A stretch of DNA of 64,000 nucleotides from an uncultured delta proteobacterium (GTDB lineage: Bacteria > Myxococcota > Myxococcia > Myxococcales > Myxococcaceae). The first letter of the stretch is position 1, and each line of letters opens with the position of its first letter. The stretch lies in contig CAVYSY010000001.1 in the NCBI GenBank assembly GCA_963771175.1, forward strand, positions 32,001-96,000, read 5' to 3'. The notes under the pieces were generated by a model that saw nothing but the letters and a program-made list of their open reading frames with translations, searched no databases and had not been told where the DNA came from. A program made the position numbers and the translations under genes. Positions 1-9,550 of this stretch are shown in pieces.

Positions 1-1005
1 TCGGGAGACTTTCGGGAGATCGTCCGTTCGCTCGCGGGCGGTGTCGCCGTGAACTACGTCATCAGCTACCGCAGCCCCCGTCCGCAGGACGACGCCACCC
101 GCCGCGCCGTGGAGGTGCGGGTGAAGCAGGGCAAGGACTCGGGGCTGGACGTGACGCAGTACCAGGCGCCGAGCTGGATCACCGCCAGCTCCCGCATGGA
201 CTTCTTCCAGGGCGAGGAGAGCCGCTACGCGCCGCTCCACGTGGTGGATGGTTCTCCCGACACGGTGTGGGCCGAGGGCGTTCCCGGCCAGGGCGTGGGT
301 GAGTGGCTCCACCTGCGCTTCGAGAAGGAGGAGGCCGTGAGCCGCGTGGCCCTCACTCCGCCACCGGCCGGCTACGGGTGCCCCAAGGAGGTGCGCCTCA
401 CCCTCGGTAGCACGAGCAGGGTCGTCACCCTGGAGAAGGGCAAGGGCCGACAGGAGTTCGACATCTCTCCCGCCGTCACCGCGGGCTCGCTGGAGCTCGA
501 GGTCGTCAGTGTGCATGAGGGCGCCGACCTGACGGGGCTCGCCGAGGTGGAGGTGCTCGCGGGGAGCCCGCCGGCGCTGCTCGGCCAGTTCGTCCGCTCG
601 CGCCGCACGGTGGCCGCCACCGAGAGCGCCGAGTCGCTCAACAAGAAGGGCGAGCAGCTCTACCACCAGGGCAAGCTCCGCGAGTCGATCGCGTCCTACC
701 AGCAGGCGGTGGACAAGGACCCGACGCATGCCCAGGCCTTCAGCAACCTGGGGCTCGCCTACCAGAAGGTGAGCGACTTCCCGAACGCCATCTGGGCCAA
801 TCGCAAGGCCATCGCGCTCGCTCGCGGGGCGGGGAAGAATGGCGTCATGGCCAGCTCGTACTACAACATCGCTCGCATCTTCGAGGCCCAGGGCGACTGG
901 AAGCAGGCCGAGCAGAACTTCTGGTGGGCCCGGCAGAACCGGCCGATGAAGGTCTACGACGACGCCGTCCTGCGCATGCAGCGCAAGCAGTCCGAGTCGA
1001 AGTAG
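1..1005 (+). CDS. 5'-truncated multidomain protein: probable vWA-associated C-terminal segment, discoidin/NADase-type glycan-binding domain, C-terminal TPRs
   Basis: Frame is open from base 1. YVISYRSP..D...R.VEVRV resembles a post-vWA segment; YAPLHVVDGSPDTVWAEG...GVGEWL is a discoidin-like motif; TPR consensus AFSNLGLAY and YYNIARIF. Confidence 0.65.
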   Translation, partial: SGDFREIVRSLAGGVAVNYVISYRSPRPQDDATRRAVEVRVKQGKDSGLDVTQYQAPSWITASSRMDFFQGEESRYAPLHVVDGSPDTVWAEGVPGQGVGEWLHLRFEKEEAVSRVALTPPPAGYGCPKEVRLTLGSTSRVVTLEKGKGRQEFDISPAVTAGSLELEVVSVHEGADLTGLAEVEVLAGSPPALLGQFVRSRRTVAATESAESLNKKGEQLYHQGKLRESIASYQQAVDKDPTHAQAFSNLGLAYQKVSDFPNAIWANRKAIALARGAGKNGVMASSYYNIARIFEAQGDWKQAEQNFWWARQNRPMKVYDDAVLRMQRKQSESK

Positions 1006-1037
1006 GGCCCGGCCCCCACGTCTCCCGAGAACAACCC

Positions 1038-2156
1038 ATGCACTGTTCGCTTCGCCTCCTGACCGCGCTCCTGAGTGTCTCCCTGTTCGCACCCTCCGCC
1101 CACGCGGCGGGCCTGAAGGTGTCGCTCACCGAGCGCGCCCACTGGCCCTGGTCCCTGGAGTCCCCGAAGGCGTTCGACGTGGCGTCCCGCGCGGAGATCG
1201 CCGTATCCGTCGAGGCGATGGCGGAGTCCGATGCGCGCAACGACGCTCCGGGAGACGCCGCCTCGGTGGCTCGGTGGAAGGACCGGATGCGCGAGGTGCT
1301 GGTGGAGAACTTCGCGAAGGCTCGGGAGACGTGCGCGGACGGGGCGCTCTTGTGCGAGGGGCCGGTGCCTGGGAACTGGGACGCGCTGGTGTCGACCGCG
1401 AAGGGGGCTCTCGGGAAGCTGCCAGCGGAGCTGGCGCCCTGGTACGCGGAGCAGAAGCCCTTCCATCAGGGATACCTGTACGAGCAGGTCCGGCTGGCGG
1501 GGCTGTTCCCGAAGGTGACGAGCGAGATCCTCCCCCTGGCTCCCTCCGAGCGCTTCGGTCTGGAGCTGCCGGACCGGAGCTTCCTGCTCACCTTCGATGA
1601 CGGCCCCACGCCCAAGGGCGGTGGAACGGACACGCTCACCACGCAGCTCCGGGCCCAGGGCATCCACGCGGCCTTCTTCCTGCTCGGGAGCAATTACGAG
1701 ATCCGCCGGAAGGCGACCTCGGTGGAGCAGCTCAAGGCGCTCTACGCGGGCATGTGCGTGGGCTCGCACGGCCAGGAGCACCGCTCGCACGCCTCGTGGG
1801 ACGGCGCGGTGGCTGGCATGGAGTCCTTCCACTCGAAGCTCGCGGAAAGCCTGCCCGAGGGCCAGTCGAAGCTGACGCTGTTCCGCCCGCCGTACGGCCA
1901 GCGCAACGCGGAGCTCCTCCAGGCACTGGAGCGCGGTGGGCTGAAGAACATCCTGTGGAATATCGACTCCCAGGACTGGCACGCGAGCACGACGGGCACG
2001 AAGGCCGCAGGGCGCGTGCTGTCGCTGATGCTGCTGTGGCGGCACGGCACCATCCTGTTCCACGACATCCACCCGAAGGCCCCGCAGGCCCTGCCGCTCA
2101 TCTGGCGCCAGACGCGCGACTCGGGCGTGAGCTGGGTGGACTGCCGCGAGGAGTAG
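1038..2156 (+). CDS. Secreted polysaccharide deacetylase (CE4/NodB) with N-terminal extension
   Basis: Signal peptide ending AHA; motifs LTFDDGP, GSHGQEH, LFRPPYG, WNIDSQDW, ILFHD. Confidence 0.9.
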   Translation: MHCSLRLLTALLSVSLFAPSAHAAGLKVSLTERAHWPWSLESPKAFDVASRAEIAVSVEAMAESDARNDAPGDAASVARWKDRMREVLVENFAKARETCADGALLCEGPVPGNWDALVSTAKGALGKLPAELAPWYAEQKPFHQGYLYEQVRLAGLFPKVTSEILPLAPSERFGLELPDRSFLLTFDDGPTPKGGGTDTLTTQLRAQGIHAAFFLLGSNYEIRRKATSVEQLKALYAGMCVGSHGQEHRSHASWDGAVAGMESFHSKLAESLPEGQSKLTLFRPPYGQRNAELLQALERGGLKNILWNIDSQDWHASTTGTKAAGRVLSLMLLWRHGTILFHDIHPKAPQALPLIWRQTRDSGVSWVDCREE

Positions 2157-2163
2157 GCCTGTT

Positions 2164-2922
2164 TCAGAGGCCCGACAGCGGGCTCTCCGGAGTGGCGGAG
2201 GCCCTCGGTTCCGGCGCGAGCGTGCCGAAGAGCCGGTCCCACAGGAGTGTGTAGAAGCCGAAGTTGGAGCCGGGCTCCAGGTGGTGCTGGGCATGGAACG
2301 TGGTCGTCGCGATGCGTCCGAGCACGGGCCAGCGCACCCAGCCCTCGGGGAAGGGCTCGACTCCGAGGTGTCCGAGCACGCCCCAGAGCGTGTTGAAGGT
2401 GAGGTAGAGCAGCATCCCCACCCACGAGGACTCGTAGGCCACGCAGACCGCGAGCCACAGGGCGCCAAAGCCCAACACCTCGAAGGGGCTGAGCACGAAG
2501 AGCGTGAGCGGACGGGTGTGGACGTAGCGATGGTGGGGGGCGTGGAGGTGCGCGTACAGGAAGCGTACGTGCGCCACCCGGTGCATCACGTACATCGCCG
2601 CGTCCATCACCAGCGTGAGGACGACGAAGTCCACGAGTACCCGCGGACCGGTATCGGCCCGGAAGCGGATCCACTCCGCGCGCCACAGCAGCAGGCCCGC
2701 GAAGGTGACGGCGCTATTCAAGACCACGCAGGCCGCGGCGAGCACCACTTCGTCGCGCTCGATCGGCGGCGGCTCGGGAGTGACGCGCCGGTGGGAGAAG
2801 CGTCGCACCAGACCCTCTCCCACGGCGAGCGTCAGCAGGAACACCCCCAGGTTCATCCCGAGGAAGGCGAGCGCCGCGAGCCACAGGGGGAGCTCGTGCA
2901 GCCAGGTGATGATGGGTTCCAT
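2164..2922 (-). CDS. Sterol desaturase / fatty acid hydroxylase family membrane protein
   Basis: His boxes HRVAH, HAPHH, HAQHH; NFGFY..LWDRLFGT. Confidence 0.9.
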   Translation of the reverse strand: MEPIITWLHELPLWLAALAFLGMNLGVFLLTLAVGEGLVRRFSHRRVTPEPPPIERDEVVLAAACVVLNSAVTFAGLLLWRAEWIRFRADTGPRVLVDFVVLTLVMDAAMYVMHRVAHVRFLYAHLHAPHHRYVHTRPLTLFVLSPFEVLGFGALWLAVCVAYESSWVGMLLYLTFNTLWGVLGHLGVEPFPEGWVRWPVLGRIATTTFHAQHHLEPGSNFGFYTLLWDRLFGTLAPEPRASATPESPLSGL

Positions 2923-2954
2923 GCTGGGGGCTCCCTCCGGGCTCGGCTCGTCCG

Positions 2955-3422
2955 TCACCCGAGCATGAACCGGTAGAGTACCTCCGCGGCGCACGCCGGC
3001 TTGGGCTCCCCGTCGATCTCGATGTTCGCGCGCAGCAGGGCCTCGACACCCTTCGGGATGTCCTTGAGCTCGGCCAGCTCCAGGCTCAGCCGGTAGCGGG
3101 CGCCCATCTTGAGCGGAGCGGGGAAGCGCACCTTGTTCAGCCCGTAGTTCAGCACGAGCGCGAAGCCCCGGACGTCAACGATCTCGAAGAACAGCCCCGC
3201 GATGCGCGAGACGCTGAAGTACCCGTGGGCGATGGGCACTCCGAACGGCGACTCCCGCTTGCACCGCTCCCGGTCCAGGTGGATCCACTGGAAGTCGCCC
3301 GTGGCCTCGGCGAAGCGCGCGATGTCCTCGTACGCCAGCTCCTTCCATTCGGAGGCGCCGAGCCGCTGCCCGAGCACCGCCTTGAGTCCGTCCAGCCCCT
3401 CAATGGTCATCTTGTTCGGCAT
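2955..3422 (-). CDS. MaoC-family dehydratase
   Basis: FAEATGDFQWIHLD, PIAHG, NYGLNKVRFPAP. Confidence 0.92.
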   Translation of the reverse strand: MPNKMTIEGLDGLKAVLGQRLGASEWKELAYEDIARFAEATGDFQWIHLDRERCKRESPFGVPIAHGYFSVSRIAGLFFEIVDVRGFALVLNYGLNKVRFPAPLKMGARYRLSLELAELKDIPKGVEALLRANIEIDGEPKPACAAEVLYRFMLG

Positions 3423-3596
3423 GCGCCTGCCTTAGCATGCCTGGAAGGTCTCCAGGCAAGACTCCAGGTCGGGTATGGCGGGCATGGAGGGTATGAGACC
3501 TCCTGTTGGCGCTCGAGGTTTCTCTCGTGGTGTCACCGAGGGCCAGACGTTACGCTCCTGAGCCAATTCGAGGCTCGGGACGGCTTGGAGGAACGT

Positions 3597-3812
3597 ATGT
3601 TGTGGGAGTCGATCATCGGCATCGTGGTGTTCTCGGCCCTGGTCCTGTTCGCGGCGCCGGAGTGGTGGAGCACCAGCCAGGGTGTGCTCAAGGAGAAGGA
3701 GCGCAAGCAGGCCGAGGCGAACAAGCAGGCCGAGGCGAACAAGCAGGCCGAGGCGAACAAGCAGGCCGAGGCGAACAAGCAGGCCGAGGAGCAGCCCAAG
3801 TCGGGGGGGTGA
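3597..3812 (+). CDS. Small single-TM protein with KQAEAN repeats
   Basis: GGAGG RBS before ATG 3597; hydrophobic N-terminus; repetitive charged tail. Confidence 0.7.
   Translation: MLWESIIGIVVFSALVLFAAPEWWSTSQGVLKEKERKQAEANKQAEANKQAEANKQAEANKQAEEQPKSGG
3705..3789 (+). repeat. 18-bp tandem repeat (aagcaggccgaggcgaac), 4 perfect copies plus a partial
   Basis: Read directly from the sequence. Confidence 0.95.
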
Positions 3813-3836
3813 GCGGTCGAGGCCACCCGGATGCCG

Positions 3837-5522
3837 CTACGGCACCGGTGCCGAGACCGTCCGCAGGTCAGGGCTCAAGCCGAGCCCGGCCAGCCGCGCG
3901 TCCAAGCGGGCCCCATCCAGGGGCGGAGTGACGGCGGCGCGCTGTTCGGCGAGCCACTGAGCACAGTCCGTATGCTGGGCCTTCGTGCAGGCCAGGGCGG
4001 CCTCGGCCAGCAGGGTCTCGCGCTCCATTCCCATCCATCCCACGAGGGGCCGCAGCAGCGAGAAGGCTTGCGCGGCGTCCCCCTGCTGCCCGTGCAGCAG
4101 CGCCGCGTGGTACTGCGTCCACGGGGACCGAAGGCCCTCGGTCGCGAGGAAGCGCAGCTTCTCGGAGACGCTCAGTCCCGGGTGCAGGAAGACGGTGCGC
4201 GACAGCAGCATGGGCAGGTGACGCTCGCCCGGGTTCCACTCCTTGAGCTGGAGCGTGTGCTCGAACGCCTCTTCCACCTTGCCATCGGCGAGCAGGTACT
4301 GGGCATGCTTGGCCAGACTCTGCGGCGTGGGCTCGGTGGCGTAGGCGTGCTCCCATAGCGCCCGGTCCGATAGCCACGACTGCGCCTGGCGCCACGAGCC
4401 GAACCCGAAGGCGAGCAGCAGCACGGCCGCCAGGCCCATCGCCACGGGCCGCCACGCGGGGCTCATCTTGGGACCGAGCTCGTGGAGGAGCACGGTGGCG
4501 AGCGCGGCGGCGCCGAAGGCGGGCAGTAGCAGGTAGGTGTCCGAGACGAAGATGTTGGTCATCCGCGTCGTGACGAGCGCGAGTGGGAAGAGGATGAAGC
4601 CGAGCCAGGCGGCCACGTCGCGGCGGGGCCCCAGCTTGAAGGCGGCGAAGGCGAGCGCCGGAGCGAGCAGCGCCCCGACGAGGTTGAGCGTGCTGCCCGG
4701 GTAGTACTGCGCGGAGAGCCGGAGGGGCGCCACGAGCTGGAACACGTACCGCCCGAGCGAGAGCACGGCGATGCCCGAGTCCCCGTCGGTGAGCTTCGAG
4801 TTGCCATACCGCAGCAGGTAGGGGCCGTTGTAGTAGGCGAGGTTGACCGCGGCGGCGGCCACGAGGAGAGGCACGCAGCCCAGCAGCACGCCGAGGTGGG
4901 CGCGCCGCGACTCCCGGGGAGACTGGAGCCACACCCAGAGCGCCGCCCAGCAGGGCCACAGCAAACCGAGTGGCTGCGAGGCCATGGCCAGTGCGTACCA
5001 GCCGGCGATGCACAGGGCCGCCACCCACCGGTTGCGTCGAGGGTCCACGGTGAGTCGCAGCAGCTCGCGGGTGGCCAGCAGGAGGAAGAACACGGCCAGC
5101 AGGTGCTTGCGCGCGGAGATCCACGCCACCGAGTTGGCGACGACGGGGTGGAGCGCGAAGAGGGCCAGCACGGCCCGCGAGCCCCAGGAGGGCGGGCGCA
5201 CCCACCGCAGCGCCGAGCCCGCCACCAGGACGATGCCGAACCACAGGAGCACGTTGGTCAGGTGCAGCGTGCCCACGCCTGTCCACTCGCTCAGCCGCAG
5301 ATCCACCCAGAACGACAGGTCCCGCACCGGCTGCCGGTCCAGCACGGCGTTGCCGCGCACGGCCTCGAGGTAGTCGGACACGGAGCGCACGGTGCGCAGC
5401 GGAGCCAACAACTCCTGGTCATCCCTCCCGAGGATGGGGTCGAGCCGCACCGGTTCCCAGTAGACGCAGAGGAGCGCGAGCGCGAGCAGGGACGGGAAGG
5501 AGAGGGTGCGGAGGACTCTCAT
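3837..5522 (-). CDS. GT-C type (TMTC/PMT-like) membrane glycosyltransferase with C-terminal TPR-like region
   Basis: N-terminal DD motif (GRDD), H.TNVLL, LFALHPV..NSVAWISARK, multiple TMs, W.SD..LW. Confidence 0.75.
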   Translation of the reverse strand: MRVLRTLSFPSLLALALLCVYWEPVRLDPILGRDDQELLAPLRTVRSVSDYLEAVRGNAVLDRQPVRDLSFWVDLRLSEWTGVGTLHLTNVLLWFGIVLVAGSALRWVRPPSWGSRAVLALFALHPVVANSVAWISARKHLLAVFFLLLATRELLRLTVDPRRNRWVAALCIAGWYALAMASQPLGLLWPCWAALWVWLQSPRESRRAHLGVLLGCVPLLVAAAAVNLAYYNGPYLLRYGNSKLTDGDSGIAVLSLGRYVFQLVAPLRLSAQYYPGSTLNLVGALLAPALAFAAFKLGPRRDVAAWLGFILFPLALVTTRMTNIFVSDTYLLLPAFGAAALATVLLHELGPKMSPAWRPVAMGLAAVLLLAFGFGSWRQAQSWLSDRALWEHAYATEPTPQSLAKHAQYLLADGKVEEAFEHTLQLKEWNPGERHLPMLLSRTVFLHPGLSVSEKLRFLATEGLRSPWTQYHAALLHGQQGDAAQAFSLLRPLVGWMGMERETLLAEAALACTKAQHTDCAQWLAEQRAAVTPPLDGARLDARLAGLGLSPDLRTVSAPVP

Positions 5523-5692
5523 ACGGCGCGGATGGTACACCCGCCTCCGAGGGAGCCCGTCCCCGTTTCATCATCCCGGGCCCTCCTCCGCTCTTCGGGC
5601 AAGGAGGCAGATGCTCGCCCCTTCGCGAGCGGAATGATCCTGGGTATACCTGTCTTTCCGCGATGGATCCTCATGCCCGGGAGGTTGTTCAC

Positions 5693-6565
5693 ATGCTTCG
5701 CACTCGCACCGAGGAAGGTTTGCGCCCTTGGGTCATCGGTCTCACCCTGGCCCTCATCCTGGTGGGGTCGCGCGGCGCCGCGCAGACGCTGTCCAAGTCC
5801 GAGGAGTTCTTCGGCAAGGAGGAAGTGGCCCGTCAGGTGGGTCTCCACGAGAAGGGCTGCAAGAAGGGCGATGCGGGCGAGTGCTTCAACCTGGCCCTGG
5901 CCCATGCGCAGGGCCTCTCGGTGAAGAAGGACGATGCACGCGCGGCCACCCTCTACAAGAAGGCGTGCGACAAGGGCCATCTGGACGCGTGCAACAACCT
6001 CGGCATCGCCTACGCGGAGGGCGTGGGGGTGAAGAAGGATCCGAAGCAGGCCCTCACCCTCTTCGAGAAGACCTGCAAGGCGGAGGACGCGAAGGGCTGC
6101 TTCAACGTCGGCCTCGCCCGGCAGGCGGGCCTCGGGGTGGAGCAGGAGCCGGCGAGCGCCGCCACCTTCTTCGCGAAGGCGTGCGACAAGGGCCACGCCG
6201 ATGGCTGCTTCACCCTCGGCATGGCTCATGCGCAGGGCAGGGGAGTGAACAAGGATCCGGCGCGCGCCGCGGAGCTCCTGTCGAAGGCGTGCGAGGCGGG
6301 GAACAAGGTCGGCTGCAGCGTGCTCGGCGTGTCCTATATGACGGGCAATGGCGTGAAGCAGGACATGAAGCGGGCCGTGTCCCTCTTCGAGCAGGGCTGC
6401 GACGCGGGAGTGGCGGCGGGCTGCCTCAACCTCGGCATCGCCCACCGGCAGGGCAATGGCGTGGCGAAGAATCCGGAGCGCGCGAAGGCCCTCATCCAGA
6501 AGGCGTGCGACTCCGGGCTCCCTCCGGCCTGCGACGCGCTCCGGGCCTCCGTGAAGGCTCCCTAG
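5693..6565 (+). CDS. Secreted Sel1-repeat (Hcp-like, Cys-rich) protein
   Basis: Signal peptide; about 7 repeats of ACDKG...C.NLG..Y..G.GV.KD. Confidence 0.92.
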   Translation: MLRTRTEEGLRPWVIGLTLALILVGSRGAAQTLSKSEEFFGKEEVARQVGLHEKGCKKGDAGECFNLALAHAQGLSVKKDDARAATLYKKACDKGHLDACNNLGIAYAEGVGVKKDPKQALTLFEKTCKAEDAKGCFNVGLARQAGLGVEQEPASAATFFAKACDKGHADGCFTLGMAHAQGRGVNKDPARAAELLSKACEAGNKVGCSVLGVSYMTGNGVKQDMKRAVSLFEQGCDAGVAAGCLNLGIAHRQGNGVAKNPERAKALIQKACDSGLPPACDALRASVKAP

Positions 6566-6575
6566 AAGAGGGGTC

Positions 6576-7391
6576 CTAGACCCGAGACAGCAGGCGCTCG
6601 GTGGTGTCCCGCACCGCGCGCCGCGTGGCCTCGTCCTCGGCGACGGCGGGCCACGGCTGCTCGTTCTCCTCGATGAGCCAGCGGGCCTCGCCGGTGGGCG
6701 ACCAGCGCTCGCGCGCGAGGATCCGAGCGAGACGCGCGGCGCACACCTCGGGCGCCTCCCAGCCGCGCTTCACGAGCGACAGGAGCCAACCGACCGGACC
6801 CGACCGGGCCCCGAGGTCCGTGCGCACCACGCCGGGGTGGAGGACGACCACGTCGAGCGCCGGCCAGGCGGCGGCGAGGTCTCGCATGGCCAGGGCGAAG
6901 CAGAGCTTGGTGGTGCAGTAGGTGCGGATGCCGGAGAAGTCCTCGCCGGTGGGAGTGCGGGCGGCATCGAAGTGCCCCTTCAGGATCAATCCGGCGCTCA
7001 CCACCATGACGCGGCGCAGGCGCTCGGCGTCGAGCAGTGCCCGCTGCATCACGAGGGGCGCCAGGTGGTTGACGACGAAGGCGGTCTCGAGCCCGTCAGG
7101 GGTGAGCGCCCGTTTCGACGGCCACAGCCCGGCATTGTGGATGAGCGTCGCGCCGGGGGTGACGACCTCGACGAGGCGCTGCCCGAGGGCCCGGGCCTCG
7201 GCCAGTGACGAGAGGTCTCCCGGGACCGCGACGGCGTGGCCACCCTTCTGCTCGACGGCGGTGACGAGGGCATCGAGGCGCGCGCGGTCCCGGGCGACGA
7301 GGACGAGGCGATCGTCACGTCGCTCGGCGAGGGCAAGAGCCAGGGCGTGGCCGATACCGCGGGAGGCGCCGGTGAGGATCAAGTCACTCAT
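6576..7391 (-). CDS. Short-chain dehydrogenase/reductase
   Basis: TGASRGIG, HNAG, YCTTK catalytic motif, HPGVVRT. Confidence 0.9.
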   Translation of the reverse strand: MSDLILTGASRGIGHALALALAERRDDRLVLVARDRARLDALVTAVEQKGGHAVAVPGDLSSLAEARALGQRLVEVVTPGATLIHNAGLWPSKRALTPDGLETAFVVNHLAPLVMQRALLDAERLRRVMVVSAGLILKGHFDAARTPTGEDFSGIRTYCTTKLCFALAMRDLAAAWPALDVVVLHPGVVRTDLGARSGPVGWLLSLVKRGWEAPEVCAARLARILARERWSPTGEARWLIEENEQPWPAVAEDEATRRAVRDTTERLLSRV

Positions 7392-7539
7392 GGTCAGAGC
7401 CTGACAGGATCGCCTCTAAACTTCCATTAGATCGCCTCATGCTTCTGAGAGTGTTTACCTGCTTACGCAACTCGCCAGGCCGCCTGGTGAGCAGAGAAGG
7501 GGAGTGGGGACTCCTCGAAGGCAATTCGTTTCGGAACAA

Positions 7540-7574
7540 ATTGATTGTCAGGTCAATCGATTGTGAAATCGATT
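7540..7574. promoter_or_regulatory. Candidate transcription-factor sites upstream of the SulP-Ehr operon
   Basis: ATTGA-N8-TCAAT palindrome overlapping two AATCGATT palindromes, inside an AT-rich 475-bp intergenic region. Confidence 0.35.
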
Positions 7575-7866
7575 AGAGAGCGTTGGACAGCAATGTCAGC
7601 AGGGTGTATCAACCGGCTCGTTGCCCGTGGATGTGGTTGGCTCATCGAAGGTCAGTGGCTTGGTGTTGCATTTGCGGGATGCGTTTGTATTCAATGTCGA
7701 AATTGGCAGCTTGAGGTTCGTTTGGGCTCGGATGGTTGTACGTCCGGAGTCGTAGGGAGAGTTTGGCTTCAAACCACATCTGTCCGGACGTGAAGTAGGG
7801 ACCTTGGGTCCAACTCTGGGACGGATGCTCCGTCCCTCTCGTCCGGTCAAATTGGAGGGACATCGC

Positions 7867-9510
7867 GTGGAATCTGATTCAACGGCCCAACCGGCCGATG
7901 AGGATGACTCATCTTCCTGGAAGAGTGACCTCGTCTCTGGCTTTCTTGTCTTCCTCATCGCCCTGCCACTGTGTCTGGGCATCTCCATGGCCAGTGGCTT
8001 CCCGCCGCTGGCTGGCATCCTCACCGCTGTCATCGGCGGTCTTCTCTCCACCTGGTTGGGTAGTGCCCGCCTGACCATCAAGGGTCCCGCGGCGGGCCTC
8101 ATCGTCATCGCGCTCGGGGCCGTGCAGGAGCTGGGCGGCGGTGACATGCAGCTGGGCTACCGGCGCGCTCTCGCCACCATCGCCGTGGCCGCCGTGTTCC
8201 AGATTGTCTTCGCCCTCGTCCGCGCCGGCTCCCTCGGGGACTTCTTCCCCTCCTGTGTAGTGCAGGGAATGCTCGCCGCCATCGGCGTCATCATCTTCGC
8301 GAAGCAGGCCCATTCGCTGCTCGGTGTCACCCCGACCGGCAGCAGCTCCCTGGCTCTGCTCGAGGAGATTCCCCACAGCCTCACGAAGCTCAATCCATCC
8401 ATTGCCCTCATCGGCGTGCTGAGCCTCGTCATCCTCTTCGGCCACCCGTATCTCAAGGGCCGCCTGGCATGGCTCAAGAAGGTGCCCGCGCCGGTGCTGG
8501 TGCTGCTCGTGGCCGTGTCGCTGGGGTTCGCCTTCGAGCTCGACCAGGTCCACACGTACACCCTCGGCTTGATCGGGGCGTCCTACGCGATCGGGCCGAA
8601 CTTCCTCGTCAACCTGCCGGACAACTTCCTGTCCGTCATCACCTTCCCGGACTTCTCCGCCGTCTTCTCGGCCGCCTCGCTCAAGTACATCGCGATGTTC
8701 GCCATCGTGGGTAGCATCGAGTCCTTGTTGATAACGAAGGCCGTCGACTCGCTGGACCCGGAGAAGCGCCGCTCGGACCTGAACAAGGACCTGCTGGCCA
8801 CGGGCGTGGGCAACCTCGCGGCGGGTCTGCTCGGCGGTCTGCCGATGATCTCGGAGATCGTCCGCAGCTCGGCCAGCATCGGCTACGGAGCGAGGAGCCG
8901 GCTCTCCAACTTCTTTCACGGCCTGTTCCTGCTGCTCTTCGTGGCCTTCGCCCCAGCGCTCATCCAGCGCATTCCGCTGGCGGCGCTGGCGGCCATGCTC
9001 ATCTACACGGGGGTCCGACTGGCCTCGCCGTCGGCCTTCGTGCAGACGTTCCGCATTGGCCCCGAGCAGCTCTTCATCTTCAGTGTCACCCTCGTCACCA
9101 CCCTGGCCACGGACCTGCTGGTGGGGGTCATCACGGGCGTGGTGGTGAAGATGGGGGTGCACCTCGTCAACGGCGCGACGATGCGGGGCCTCTTCCGCCC
9201 CTTCGTCGTCGAGCAGGAACTGGGCGGCAAGGTGGTGCTACGTGTGGGCCATGCGGCCGTCTTCAGCAACTATCTCGGCCTGAAGAAGCGGCTCTCGCGT
9301 TTTTCCCATGCGCGTGAGGTGGTCATCGACCTGTCCAGGGCCCGGCTGGTGGACCACACGGTGATGGAGCGGCTGCATCAGCTCCAGGAAGAGTTCGAGC
9401 AGGAGCATCGGCGACTGGAACTGCGCGGGCTCGACCGACACCAGCGTCTCTCCCTGCATCCCCTGGCGGCATGCAAGCGATCGGGCCCCCGGTTCCGGGC
9501 CTCCTCGTAG
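7867..9510 (+). CDS. SulP/SLC26 family anion (bicarbonate/sulfate) transporter with STAS-like C-terminus
   Basis: DLVSGFLVFLIALPLCLGISMASG, GPAAGL, GGLPMISEIVRSS, IPLAALAA, VVIDLS...VDHT; GGAGG RBS before GTG. Confidence 0.92.
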   Translation: MESDSTAQPADEDDSSSWKSDLVSGFLVFLIALPLCLGISMASGFPPLAGILTAVIGGLLSTWLGSARLTIKGPAAGLIVIALGAVQELGGGDMQLGYRRALATIAVAAVFQIVFALVRAGSLGDFFPSCVVQGMLAAIGVIIFAKQAHSLLGVTPTGSSSLALLEEIPHSLTKLNPSIALIGVLSLVILFGHPYLKGRLAWLKKVPAPVLVLLVAVSLGFAFELDQVHTYTLGLIGASYAIGPNFLVNLPDNFLSVITFPDFSAVFSAASLKYIAMFAIVGSIESLLITKAVDSLDPEKRRSDLNKDLLATGVGNLAAGLLGGLPMISEIVRSSASIGYGARSRLSNFFHGLFLLLFVAFAPALIQRIPLAALAAMLIYTGVRLASPSAFVQTFRIGPEQLFIFSVTLVTTLATDLLVGVITGVVVKMGVHLVNGATMRGLFRPFVVEQELGGKVVLRVGHAAVFSNYLGLKKRLSRFSHAREVVIDLSRARLVDHTVMERLHQLQEEFEQEHRRLELRGLDRHQRLSLHPLAACKRSGPRFRASS

Positions 9511-9550
9511 CAGGCTCCTTCAAGCCCTCTCCTGGTCGGCCCCCCTGTGT

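Noticed and set aside
3705..3789. CRISPR-like repeat array
   Set aside because: The units are directly adjacent with no spacers, lie in frame within a CDS, and no cas genes are present.
7541..7556. Canonical FNR box
   Set aside because: The half-site spacing is 2 bp too long; kept only as a generic palindrome.
7655..7670. Sigma54 -24/-12 promoter (TGGCTTGGTGTTGCA)
   Set aside because: GG-to-GC spacing is 9 nt rather than the required 10.
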